Positions 14,810 to 29,364 of a stretch of DNA of 64,000 nt are shown piece after piece; within the stretch, counting starts at the first letter, position 1; every line of letters starts with the position of its first letter. The notes under the pieces are model-generated. The model made no database searches, was not told the origin of the DNA, and worked only from the letters and a program-made list of their open reading frames with translations. This DNA is from the human T2T-CHM13v2.0 reference genome, Homo sapiens, in NCBI RefSeq assembly GCF_009914755.1, contig NC_060931.1; one strand, written 5' to 3'. The position numbers and the translations under genes are program-made.

Positions 14810-15182
14810 TGTTACAGATTGAATTGTGTCCCCCCAGATTCATATGTCAAAGCCCTAACCCCAGTGTGATGGTATCTGGAGATGAGACCTTTGGGAGATA
14901 ATTAGGTTTAGATGAGGTAAGGAGGGGGAGCCCCCATCATAGGATTAGCATTCTTATAAGAAGAGACACCAGAGAGCTTGTTTTCACTCTCTCTCCACGA
15001 TGTGAGGACACAGCAAGAAGGTGGCGGTCTGCAAGTCAGGAAGAGAGCCCTCCCTGCAACCTGACCATGCTGGCATCTGATCTTGGACGTCCAGCCTCTA
15101 GAATAGTGAGAAATAGATTTCTGTTGTTTCTAAGCCATCAGTGGATGGTATTCTCTTATGGCAGTCTAAGCTGACCAATACA
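14810..15182 (+). mobile_element. MaLR solo LTR (MLT1A-like)
   Basis: TGTTACAGATTGAATTGTGTCCCC...CTAAGCTGACCAATACA; near-TSD CCTGG/CCTGA. Confidence 0.78.
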
Positions 15183-17495
15183 CCTGAATCTCATCTTTCC
15201 AGGCTCCTTCCTGAAAAAAGGTCACCAAATCTATCAGGCAAAGTTAACCAGATTTACTCATCTGTCCTTAGTGAGGTGAGAGTGAAAATATAGACCAAAA
15301 GGTCCCCAAGAGGGATGCCCAGGGCCCTATTTCAGGCCACCCAGAAGTGGTGGCCCAGTAAGGGATGAACCTTGATGCCAAAGGAATGAGTCAGCGATGG
15401 TGGGGTACCAGGCAACTGCAGCTGGTAAGAAGGGGCTTATGAGGGGTGGGAGTAGTGTCAGTGGAATCAGGCTTGCCCCTAAGGAGCTGACATCCACATG
15501 GAGAAGTCACTGGGCACAGGACTGAGGCCACAGGCTCCTGCAACCACAGGTAAGATCTGGAAGGTTGGTACCGGCAAGACGGCTGCTCTCAATCAAAGAA
15601 GTAGAAAGAGGGAAACCAGCAACACTTTACTTTCCTCCAAAGCAACCAAAAGGAGAAAGAAGACAGTTCCTCCTCGGTGTCTGCACAGAGACAACCACAG
15701 CTGACGTCTTGGGGACAACTTTGAAAGTGGAAGGAGGGCATTGCTCATTGCTCCAAGGTCAAACACTGGCTTGGGGTAGGGGCAGCACTTCCCAGAGACA
15801 CAGGACTGGACTGAACCTGGGTGGGCCTGGACAGCCAGCTCACTTGGAAAACATCAGATCCTTAGGATGACCCTAAAACCAAGATAGGTTCCCCCAAGAC
15901 AAGGACTGAGTCCTCTGTGCAGCCAGAACAGGCAGACAGGAGTGGCCATTGCAGCTCCACGCTTCCCTCATCCAGGCCTTGGCACCCTGCGATCCAGGCA
16001 CTAGAAGAGGGGTAGACTGGGTGGAGAAAAGTGCAGAAGCCAGTGATACTCATCCTGCCTTTGTTTAGAATTTGGTATGTTGTCCATCATAAATTTTTTT
16101 TGCATTCATTTTGATTATTTAAAATAGCATATATCTTGATGATTGATGTTTCTGGTGACCCCTTAAAGTTTGTGCCCGAGGCATTGCCTTGCTCCACTCT
16201 TGGCCCTGACAAGAATGTCAGTGACTTCCCAGGATTCTGGGGTTCACAGCTGGCCCTGGTCAGGACCAGCAACCCCTCACACGTGGAGCAGATAAAGGAT
16301 GGGGCATGGGCAGCCCCAGAGTCTGAGACTGGATGCCCAGCCTAAGAAGGTGGTTCACTCACATGCCACTGTGAATGCAAGGGGCTCAGGGACAGCTCTG
16401 CTGTGGCCTTTATTAAAGTGATTCCCTGTGCACACATATGTGCACATGCATGTACACATGCAGGTATGCACAGGCACAAACATGCACACATAGCACATTC
16501 ACACATAGGCACACTATGCTTTCTCTCCTTGTTTGGGGAAAGTGCCAGATCTCCACAGCCCACATGTCCACCTCTCCCTAGCTCCGAGCCATCTTTCTGG
16601 TCATGCCAAAGACAGCCGCTTCCTTCTCCCCGGGTGGCCTGAAGGGGCCCCTTTGGGCAGGATTTCTCATCCAAATTGCTGCCATAGCACCAGTGACAGG
16701 CAGATCTGGGACTTGGTTGGGGCCTCGGCCGGTCCAGCTGTCTGGCTGCGCACCCTCTCACTTGGGTTGGTTGTTTTCCTCCTAACATCATTAGCTCTGC
16801 CAGAAGCACAGCCAGCCCGGGGTTTATGCTGACCTGGTCATTTCACACAGAGGCGAGAGGGAAGCATGCCCAAAGTGACTGGCTCTGCCCACTTACCCCT
16901 TCTCCCCCACTCTGCCTGGGCCCCCAGCTGGGGTGATGCAGGCACATTCCCCCCAGTGTTTCACAGCAAAGTCCCCTGTCTCCAGCTCTCTCCTTGCTCA
17001 CTGCTGGGCTCAGGGCTGGCTCAGAGCATGCCTGGATTTCTCTTTGTTTTTGGAAAAAGTAACTGCCCTGCACTCCTCAGCAGGCCACAGCAGCCCTCGG
17101 GCTCCCTGCGAAGTGATTCCTGGTAGGAGGCAAGGCATCTTTGACTTGTCACCATGTCTAGTGAGTGTTGTCTCAAAATCAGGTAGTGGGCTTTGTCCAC
17201 AAGACCTCATGTCCCTAACCCCCACATCTAGGGCTCTAAACTCTCCAGAGCCCCTCCCCAGTGGAGGCCACTGCCTGGACCTCTTGGCAGCCTGACTTCC
17301 GGGTCGCAGGACCAGAGTCCAAAGCTGGATGGGTCTGCCAGGCAGTAGGGGCCTTCCTGCCCCAGAAGGCACCCCTGGCAAGACCCTTCTCAAAGAGCCT
17401 GTGCATAAAATCAGATTCTGAGGCTCAAACAAACCATGGAATGTTGGGGACAGGCAAGCAAACACTCCCAGAATGCCCAATGGAGGGCGAGATAC

Positions 17496-17540
17496 CTTCT
17501 CCTTCTTGGCGGCCTCCATCCTGGCTCTGTCGTCCAGCAT
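17496..17540 (-). CDS. GCK: Glucokinase beta-cell/neuroendocrine exon 1a coding part (MLDDRARMEAAKKEK); remaining exons lie left of the window
   Basis: 15 codons identical to the pancreatic GCK N-terminus, followed by donor GTATCT at 17495. Confidence 0.97.
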
Positions 17541-18026
17541 CTGCACAGCAGCCAGCGTGGGGAGCTGGGACCCCTCAGCCTTCCCCAGTAGGCTTCTGAA
17601 GTGGAAATATCCAAGGCTTCTCCGCCGCAGGGGTCACGGCCCGCCCTGGGTCCCTGGGAGAATGTGGTTCTCCTCGGGCTGGTTTGGGGTTTGAGGTTCA
17701 GTCACAGTTTCCTCCTTTTCATTGTTCTCCAACGAGTCGGCAAGCATTCCCTTCTGGACCCTTCCTCACTGAGCCTGGATGTTCTCCAGGCAGGGCCATT
17801 GCTGGGCGCTTGGGTGGCGTCCTCAGCGCTTTCTCTCCTGGTTGTGTTGAGCTGTGGGGCTTAGTGTCCTTCAGACAGATTCAGTGGGAAATGTCCTCTC
17901 CCTTCTGTGACCTGGGGACAGCTTTTGAGTAATTAGGCTGCAGGTGACTGTGTCTCTCACATCCTAGCCTGCTTCCCTGGGGCTCAGGCGCCGCTCGGCA
18001 TTTCCTGCTCCAGCCAGGTGTGGAGT
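17541..18026 (-). other. GCK: GCK exon 1a 5'UTR (TSS approximate)
   Basis: Contiguous with the ATG; TSS placed from recalled promoter numbering (-30 = c.-516, i.e. 18056, inside GTGCTC). Confidence 0.7.
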
Positions 18027-18250
18027 GGGGGATTCTCCTGCCAGGGCTTACTGTGCTCCTGAGAGGGCCTGTGGTTGTCATGGTGACCAGGAGTGGCCTC
18101 AGCAGGGCTGACCATCCTGTCATTAGAGCTGCCATGCATAAAACTGGGACTGGTGGCAAAGAGCCTCCATCCCCATCACCATGGTGACCACTCAATCGCC
18201 TTGTCACTACAGTGACCGCTAGCCTGTTAAGCCTTTGCCACCTGTTCAGA
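18027..18250 (-). promoter_or_regulatory. GCK: GCK upstream (beta-cell) TATA-less promoter with two Pal elements and a TAAT element
   Basis: TGGTCACCA (minus) at 18081-18089 and 18182-18190; CTAATG (minus) at 18121-18126; matches the described Pal1/Pal2/UPE architecture. Confidence 0.85.
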
Positions 18251-19074
18251 TCCTGGGGCAGTGTCTCAGGGTCTCCCACACTCCTGTTCTGATGAGCAGA
18301 GGATCCCGTGAGTCTGGAAGCAGAGGAAAGGGAGCAGGCAGCTTGGCGTGGCTCAGGAGCAGGCCCCTGGGACCATCTCACATCCCTAACCCCCCTATCT
18401 AGGGCTGTAAACTCTCCAGAGACCCTCCACAGTGGAGGCCACTGCCTGGACCTCTTGGCAGCCTGACTTCCAGGTCGCAGGGCCAGAGTCCAAAGCTGGA
18501 CAGGTCTGCCAGGCAGTAGGGGAGCCCATCGGAGGGCTTTGGCGCGGCCTGCCCTGACTATCTCCTTGAAATCTGAACCAGAACAGTACACCTGGCCCAC
18601 ACAAGCCTGGCTGAGGTTGACACTGTCAGAACAGAGGCCCACAGGGACTGGCTCCTCCTCTGGCCCTGCTCAGGAAGCTTCAGCCTGGGATGCCACCCAC
18701 TCTCCCCTTCGCAGCCCAAGTGCCCCTGGAGAGGTTGCCCTGTGCAGTGGGGAGTCCCAGTGAGTGGATGGAGCAGGGGGCCAGGGTGCTGGAGCCAACT
18801 CAGCTGCGGGCTCAGTCAATAGTCTGGAACAAAACATACTTCTGCCTAAGTCACTGAGGTCTGGTGTGTTTTTCCCACTCGTGGCCCTTCTCAGTCAGGA
18901 TCGGCCACTTTTCAAGTGTCCAGCGTGACTGGTGGCTACCATATTGGGTAGTGTCGGTATAGACCAAAGAGGGCTCAGGACCCAGCTCCAGGCCACCTAC
19001 GCTCAGAGGTCCAGCAGAGGGGGTGAGGAGGAGTGGCCAGTGCGATCTCTCCAGACAGATGTGCTGTAACACTT

Positions 19075-20240
19075 TAAAATCAACTTCCTATTGACGGTCA
19101 TTGAGGCAGTTTCAGATTTTCACTATTACGAAGCAGGCTGTGGCAGAAGTCCTTGAATTTCACCGGAGTCTAAGTGTGTGTCAGTGTTTCTTCTGGATGG
19201 CTCCTGGAGGCTGAATTGCTAGTTCAAATGCTGTACACATTTTACATCTTGGTAGGCAGGACCACGTGGCCTCTTCACATGGCTTCACCAGTTTCTTCTG
19301 CCAACACGAGAAGTTTGGCTTTATCTTGGCCAATCCTTCAGATGATAAATCTTTATGAGTTTTTTGCCGATCTGTCACCTCATTGTTGCTTGAATTGCAA
19401 AATGCTGGACACCTTTTCATGTGTTTCTTGGTGATTGCATTTCTTCTTCTAAGGATGATTTGTTTACATTACTTAACTATGTTGCTATTGGATTATCTTC
19501 TGCCTATGGACTTGGAGAAACTATTTTATATTTCATCTGTAGTATCTATTAATCCTTTGTCTGTTAAATATACTATGATATCTCCCCTAGTCTATTGCTA
19601 AACTTAACAACTTGATTAATCGTGTCTTTCATCATACAGAAGTATCTAGTTTTTATGAATTTCAACCTTTGTTTTCTTGTTTTGGGGTTTTTATATCTTG
19701 TTAAGAAAACCGTTTCCAATCCCCAAATTGCAAAAATGTTCTCCCACATTTCCTTCTAATATTTTTCCAAGTTTTCTATTTGTTCAGTACTTTAGTCTTT
19801 CTGCAATTGCTTGTGCTGCGTGCACCGCCATTATGAGGGCACACCTCACATCCTCGCCTTTCTTCTCATTCCTCTTTTCTGCTCTCCCGGGTCCTGGGAG
19901 ATGGTGGTTTGGGTATGGTGCAAGGGAATCTCTAATATGGCTATTTGGTGGTGAAGCAATCCCTTCCCCACTGCTCTGGAATGTTGGCTTTCTTATAAAT
20001 CTTAGCACTACTCATCCCACTTCGGAAAATAATGCTGTTGACAATTTCATTGGAAATACATTGACTTTGTGGGTTTAGGGATTCATTTTAGAGAACTAAC
20101 CTCTTTATAATATTGAGTTTTCTCATCTAGAAGTATGTGTTGTTTCATTTATTTTGGTCTTCTTTTATGTCCTTCAGGTGAATTTTATTATTTTTCTCAT
20201 ATATATCTTACACATTTCTTGTTATATTTATTCCTAAAGA
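19075..20240 (-). mobile_element. Old L1M fragments
   Basis: T-rich degenerate antisense L1 motifs (CTTTTCATGTGTTTCTTGG, CCTTCTAATATTTTT, TTTATTCCTAAAG). Confidence 0.6.
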
Positions 20241-20374
20241 AAGGCAATACATTTATTAGGAGAAGGAGCAATTGTCATTATAACTAATATTGATGAAAAC
20301 ATTTATGATTCACAAAGTACTTTTGCATTCATTCTGTCATCTAATCAGACAATCTTAGTGTGGCAGGCAGTGGT

Positions 20375-20669
20375 ATTATTATTATTATTTTATTTTTATT
20401 TTTTTGAGACAGAATCTCGTTCTATCACCCAGGCTGGAGTGCAGTGGCTCGATCTCCACTCAATGGAACCTCTGCCTCCCAGGCTCAAACAATTTTCATG
20501 CCTCAGACCCACGAGTAGCTGGGACCACACACGTGTGCCACTGCACCTGGCTAATTTTTTGTACTTTCTTTTTAGTAGATATGGGGTTTCACCATGTTGA
20601 CCAGGCTGGTCTCAACTCCAGACCTCAGGTTCCGCCTACCTCTTCCTCCCAAAGTGCTGGGATTACAGT
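20375..20669 (-). mobile_element. Alu with (TAT)n tail, 5' end truncated
   Basis: Reverse Alu ending CCCAAAGTGCTGGGATTACAG. Confidence 0.88.
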
Positions 20670-20986
20670 AGAGTGGGGAGGGAGCGGCTGAAGCCAAAGT
20701 GTGGAATGTCTGGCCACCACACCTGGTCAGTGGTAGTATTATTACCACCACTTTCCAACTGAGGTCGCTGAGGCTGGGGAGGTTAAAGGATTGGCAGGGA
20801 CGGTCTCCCCAATTTAATGTCTCCCTAAGGGTTCCTTACCATAGCTTCCTGCTAAGGACAGGGGCCAAGGTAGTCCCTCACACAGAGGTCCCAGGTTCTG
20901 CCACATGGCCCTGCCCTCCCTGGACACAGCTGATGAAACATCACCTGATCCAAGAGCAGCCACACTGCACACTGGCCACAGCCTAG

Positions 20987-21535
20987 TGTAGCCAAGCATT
21001 AAATCAGCTTTAAAAATGCATTTTAAGGCTTTTTCTTTAGTCTTAAAATGTAACCTTGAAATGTACTTTGAAACTCTGCTTCTCTCCCTTTCCCACTAGA
21101 CACTCCTTTGCACCATGCCCGCTTATCTAACTCTATGCTTATTTGGGAATTCCAGGGGCTAATCTTGAAACAAAAACCAGACACGGAACCCCTGCGGAAT
21201 CCTCCAACTTAGGGGGAGTCGAAACAATTCACCCACCACCATCTGGCCGAAGGAAAGATAACACCAACCAGACCTCAGGATAGGTGATACTCAAGACAGC
21301 CATTGGATCAAGACACATAGACCCTGTACCCTGCACTGCTCCCACGTATGTCCCATACCAAGTTTTCCTTTCAGAATCCTATGATAAATTTTAAAATTTG
21401 AGATAATTGAATGCTTTAAAACAACAATTCACCATCTTCTTGGTTTGCTGGCTCTAGTTAAAACCACTTTTCCTCCCACCAAACCTCTCCTCTTGTATTT
21501 GGCTTTCAAGCGGTGGAATCCGAGTCCGGTTACAA
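20987..21535 (+). mobile_element. Probable ERV solo LTR
   Basis: TG...TTACA ends and LTR-like U5 (TTAAAACCACTTTTCCTCCC...TATTTGGCTTTC); family not identified, no TSD seen. Confidence 0.45.
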
Positions 21536-22654
21536 TGGGGGACATTTACCCAACAGGGACTGCTTGAAACAATGAGCAGTTTAGTTGGGGACCGCAGAGT
21601 TGCAGAATCTCTGAACCATTCAATGCTCCCAAACGAAAGTCCTCTGTCCTCCTCCCTGGGGTGGGGTGGATGGGGCATTCCTGGCTGATGAATTGGGGAG
21701 CAGGTGGGGAGAGAGCTGCCCTCCCCAGGTATAGCTTCTTCAGGATGCCCCTTGCCTTTCTGGCCCCATCCCTCCAGACACTGGACACTTCTGCTTCAGC
21801 CCCTCCCTCCCCGTCTGCTGGTCCCTGTCCCTCAGCCTGTTGCCTCCTAACTTGACAACTGCTCCCCTCTCTCCCCCGCCACCCTTGGTAGCATCTCTCA
21901 TTTGCGCCACCTTGCAATTGGTCTCCCCCTGCCCTTTGTCTTGTGTCATTATAGTGGAGCATATTTGGGAGGTGGTTCACATAAACATATGTATTTAATC
22001 ATCCATGTTAACCCAAAGTTTGTATGTATCCAGCTCGGGGTTCCTTGATCCTCTCCAATCTGTGCCAGTTACTTTGCTTCTCTTTTCTTAAGAGTCGAAG
22101 AAAGTCCTGGGCTTTGCTCTGATTGGATGGCCTACTGATGGCCAGCTGAGTGGCCTGTTGATTGGCTGAAGCTTGCATCAGGTGCCTATCCAAAGACCAA
22201 TCGCTGTGGCAATAAGGACCACTGGTTGATAGGCTGGGGCCTGGGGCCCCATGTGGCAGGGTGTGGGATCAGCCTCTAGTTCATGATGGTTTCCCTGTGA
22301 GTACTTTCCCTGTGTGCTCATTGCTGTTGTTTATTAGGTTGTGTTTGGTGTGCCCAGCCTTTCCAAGGGCACACCTTGTGTTCTTGGCCTTCCTCTGCAT
22401 CCTTCTTTCTGCTCTCATGTGGGGCCTACAGCCCCGAGGATGTGGGAGGTGCACGCCTGGTTGTGGAGCAGGGGACTCCTCTGCAGGCCTTTCCACCTGC
22501 CCCTCTTTGACAGCTCTGTAGACTTCCTCTCGCTTTTTGTACGGGGCAACCCCACGACTATCAGGGTACCATTGACAGGACAAGCCACTTGCCTAAATGA
22601 CCATGTGTCCTAATTCTAAGTTCCTGGCATTCATCCAGTATGGCTACTGATAAC

Positions 22655-23079
22655 TGATATGGTTTGGATATGTGTCCCCACCAAATCTCATCTGAATTGT
22701 AATCCCCAATATTGGAGGTGGGGCCTGGTGGGAGGTGTCTGAGTCATGGGGGTGGATCCCTCATGAATGGCTTGGGCCATCCCCTTGGTGATGAGTCAGC
22801 TCTTGCTCTGAGTTCACACGAGATCTGGTTGTTTAAAAGTGTGGCACCTCCCAGTGCCTCTCTCTCTCTCACTCCTGCTTCCACTGTGTGATGTGCCTGC
22901 TTCCCCTTTGCCTTCCGCCATGACTGTAAGTTTCCTGAGGCCTCCTCAAAGGCTGAGCAGATGCCAGCACCATGCCTCTTGCAAAGCCAGCAGAACTGTG
23001 AACCAATGAAACCTCTTTTCTTTATAAATTACCTGGTCTCAGGTATTTCTTTATAGCAATGCAAGAATGGCCTAACACA
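22655..23079 (+). mobile_element. MaLR solo LTR (MSTA/B)
   Basis: TGATATGGTTTGGATATGTGTCCCC...GAATGGCCTAACACA. Confidence 0.82.
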
Positions 23080-23978
23080 GCTACATATCCATCTCTAGCC
23101 CCTCAGCTGCAGAGGGGTGTCTTAGGACAAATACAGCTTCTGGGAAGCCCCTGCTGGGGCACAGCCTCAAAATCAGGGCACCTGCCTCCTGTCTTCCTTG
23201 GCTGTAATCCCTTCCTGCCCACGTATACTCCTGTCCTGTTCCTCCCTTGCTCTGACATCCCCTATTGCTTCGTAGCCAGTGGCAGAGCTCAAACCTTTGG
23301 TGGCAGACTCTGTCTGTCTTCCCTGGGGCCTGGAGAACCCAGAGGGAGCCCAGGATGCCTTGGTGTGGGGTTGCAGTGGGGAGCAGTGTTCCTGAGGGCT
23401 AGGTGTGCTGACAGACCCTGATTGATGACATCAAGTCTGTGCACCTGAGGCTTGGTGACCTACTCAGGCCATGGAGGCCTGACCACATTGGTGGCCCCTT
23501 TCCACACCCTTTTCCTATATGAGCTGTGGAGGCAGCTCAGCTGCCATGGCCTTAGCTGACTGAATGAGGAGGTGTGGGGGCAAGGGCCATTGTGTGGCTG
23601 GGCTCCCCACCTGGACTGGGCTTCCTGGGGGTATGCTCCTTGATAGGCTTTTGTCCAGCTCCCCAAAGGTTCTGCTGTACAGCAAGGGCTGGCACCTTAT
23701 GTGAGCTAGGCAAGGCTGCAAAGGCGGGTGGGTACTTGTTTTGCTCAATGGGGCAAACTTAACAGGGCCTGGGCCATTTATCGTGGACAGCGTTAACTCC
23801 AGTTCTGTCTGCAGAGAGGCTTTTCTTCTAGGTCCCAGCACCTCAGGTGGGAGCCTGGACTAGAGAACTCTGCTACCCACACTCCTGTGCGGGCTTCGTT
23901 CATAGCCTTACTGCCCATTTCCTGCATTTTCCATTCCCACAATGTTGTACTTGCAGAACAGGTGCAAGAACAATACAA

Positions 23979-24092
23979 GCATGAGAATCGCTTGAACCTG
24001 GGAGGCAGAGGTTGCAGTGAGCGGGATCACACCATTGCACTCCTGCCTGGGCAACAGAGCAAGACCCTGTCACAAAGCAAAACAAACAAACA
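23979..24092 (+). repeat. 114-bp Alu 3'-end fragment duplicated from 25609-25722
   Basis: 3 mismatches by eye; shares private substitutions and tail. Confidence 0.85.
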
Positions 24093-24129
24093 GATACGCT
24101 TCATCCTGATTCCTGTATTTGCTTTATCA

Positions 24130-24160
24130 TTCTCTTTCTCTCTGTCTCTCTCTCTCTCTG

Positions 24161-24206
<46 letters not shown>
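24130..24206. repeat. Compound (TC)n(CA)n microsatellite
   Basis: Read directly. Confidence 0.95.
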
Positions 24207-24209
<3 letters not shown>

Positions 24210-25423
24210 GTAAGAGTAAGTTGCAGACACAATGTCCCTTTACTTCTAAATTCTTGTGTATATTTCCTATAAACAAAGACTTCTCTTATATAACCATGGC
24301 ACAGTGATGGAAAGCAGGAAATTAAAATAGATACAATACTATTATCTAATCTAGAGGCCTTACTTGGGTTTTAGCCTATCTTCAAATCTCTACTTCCCAT
24401 AGATGCCTTCCACCCTCTATGATTAATAATCCTTTTCTTCATTAATGAGAAGACAAATAATTATCACTGTTACCTGTTAAACATCAACAATGACTAGAGC
24501 TTGTAATATAATGTTTTATTATTTCCAACAACATTCCTATGGAAAGAATATTTTTCTAGTTTTATAGATAAAAACAAAAGGAGACTCAGGGAGGTAATGG
24601 TTTGCTCACTTTTGTGATTTTGTGATGTGTCAGTGCTGGGACTGAATCCAAGTTGGGTGACAGCTGGGGCGATGCAGCAGAAGGCAGGTCTTGCTTTTTG
24701 GTAACACAGTGAGCTTGGGAAGTCTGCAACCACATGACTATGAATGAGGCTTCCTGGAACAGTAGAGGCTGAGTGAGGCCAGAGAGGAGCAGGAAGAGTT
24801 GCCAGGAGTGGGCTGCATGACAGTTTGTTAAGCATTTCACTGTTGACATCTGAACCCCAACTCTGTCCCTTACCAACCATCTCCTTAAATTGAATCTCAG
24901 TCTCTATGTCTGTAGGGTGGCAATAATATTTTCCCCTGTTTTTGTGAGGATTAAATGATGTGGCACATGGAAAGTACTTGGCATAAGGTAAACTTTGGGA
25001 CAGCCACTATAATGTGTCAAGTGGATACACTGAAATTTATTCCATCCAAGCGCTGTCTTCCTGATCTTTTTGCACAACTTTCAGTGGAAGGAAGAGGGGC
25101 TCCAGAGACTTTCCTCAGAAATGGCTCTCACCTGCCTCCTATAGGGAAATGGTGTCAGTGCAAGCAGTTGAGCCTGGACTGATAGCACCCAGCAACCCAG
25201 CTTGTCAGACTACTGTGTCCATATCTGTGGGTGGCTGAGCCTAGCCACGGCCAATGGCTGTTCCTAATGTTTACTACCAAAACAGGGGAAATGTGGAAAA
25301 GCCCTTTCCACCCTCTGTACTTGGAAACACCCAGGGAAGAGGGTTGGTGACAGAGGTACTGAGTGAGTGGGCAGGTGGTGGGAACTTCCTTTCACCACAG
25401 ATTATTTAAAGCAATGTTTCTCA

Positions 25424-25737
25424 GCTGGGCGCAGTGGCTTAAGCTTGTAATCCCAGCAATTTGGGAGGTCGAGGTGGGTGGATCACATGAGGCCAGGAGT
25501 TTCAGACCAGCCTGGCCAACATGGTGAAATCCCATCTCTATTAAAAATACAAAAATTAGCCGCGTGTATGGATGCATTCCTGTAATCCCAGCTACTCGGG
25601 AGGCTGAGGCATGAGAATCGCTTGAACCTGGGAGGCAGAGGTTGCAGTGAGTGGGATCACACCATTGCACTTCTGCCTGGGCAACAGAGTAAGACCCTGT
25701 CACAAAGCAAAACAAACAAACAAACATATATATCTGC
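25424..25737 (+). mobile_element. Alu (S-type)
   Basis: TSD AAAGCAATGTTTCTCA at 25408-25423 and 25738-25753. Confidence 0.93.
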
Positions 25738-25741
25738 AAAG

Positions 25742-25933
25742 CAATGTTTCTCAAAACTACTGCTCCCAAAGGACATTTTGACGTTTTTGATTGTGCAGTG
25801 GGGAGGGGGTGGGTTGGTACTGACATTTCTACAAAGGCCTGAGATGCTGCCTACACAATGTACAGGGCAGTCTCCCAACAAGAAAGAACTATCTAACCCA
25901 AAATGTCAATAGTGCCAAGGTTGAGAAACCTTG
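25742..25933. mobile_element. MER20-like DNA transposon
   Basis: CCCAAAATGTCAATAGTGCCAAGGTTGAGAAACC terminal motif. Confidence 0.7.
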
Positions 25934-26105
25934 ATTTAGAGTAATGTTTAAAGTGATGCTGTTGTTTTTCCAATATATCATCTCTTTCCCATAATCTCAG
26001 ATACGGCTGCTTCTAGCATCACAACTTTGTGACCTTACTGACAACTTCCAAAGACCAAGTTTCTTTCAGTTGTATGTGTCTTGCAAGTTCCTTTCTGATT
26101 ACATG

Positions 26106-26636
26106 TGAAACTGTGCCCGACAGGGTTAAAGAAACTGGTAACTAACAGAAATCTTGAGCTTGTCTTGCAGGGCAGCCGATAAGGAAACAGTTTGCTATAA
26201 TCCCCTCTGCTTATACAACTTGCTGGAACAGGTTGGAACCAATATGGCTGACTGGAGCCTGTGCAAAATAGACTTACTAGCCCGAGGAGCGGCCCTTTGA
26301 TGTCACAGCCCAAATTCCCACAGCTTGTTTTATACCACCTCCTGAATCTGCATGTGACCCTTGAAGCAGCATGAAGAAGCAACAGCTCATGACCAAGAGA
26401 TTTTCTAAACACTTCTTCGTTTCAGCCAATCACCGTCCAGCCCGAAACTCCACTTCCAAAATCTCTCCCTTAAATCTACTGCTGCGAAGCAAGTATTGGG
26501 AGACAGATTTGAGCCCGTCTTCTGTCCCCTTGCAAGGCTGCTTGGCAATACATCTTTCTTGCTACAAAAATCCAATGCTTGGGTGTTTGGTTTTATGTTG
26601 TGCGCAGGCAAATGCAGCCGGTTTAGTTTGGTAACA
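26106..26636 (+). mobile_element. ERV1-class solo LTR
   Basis: TG...GGTAACA ends with 4-bp near-TSD CATG/CGTG. Confidence 0.65.
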
Positions 26637-26757
26637 CGTGATGTCACTTAATACACAAGAAACGGGCAAGATATGGCATCCTCAGGGAGCTGTGCCTCAC
26701 TCATTCCTATCCATAGACTTGCCTTCTTTCAACAACGCAAGCAAAAAGAAGGGTTCA

Positions 26758-29349
<2,592 letters not shown>

Positions 29350-29364
29350 AAAAAGAAGGGTTCA

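Noticed and set aside
17010-17495. Extension of the GCK exon 1a ORF to 178 aa
   Set aside because: Reads through the canonical donor into intron 1; its similarity to ORF 17881-18642 reflects the 146-bp DNA repeat, not a paralogous protein.
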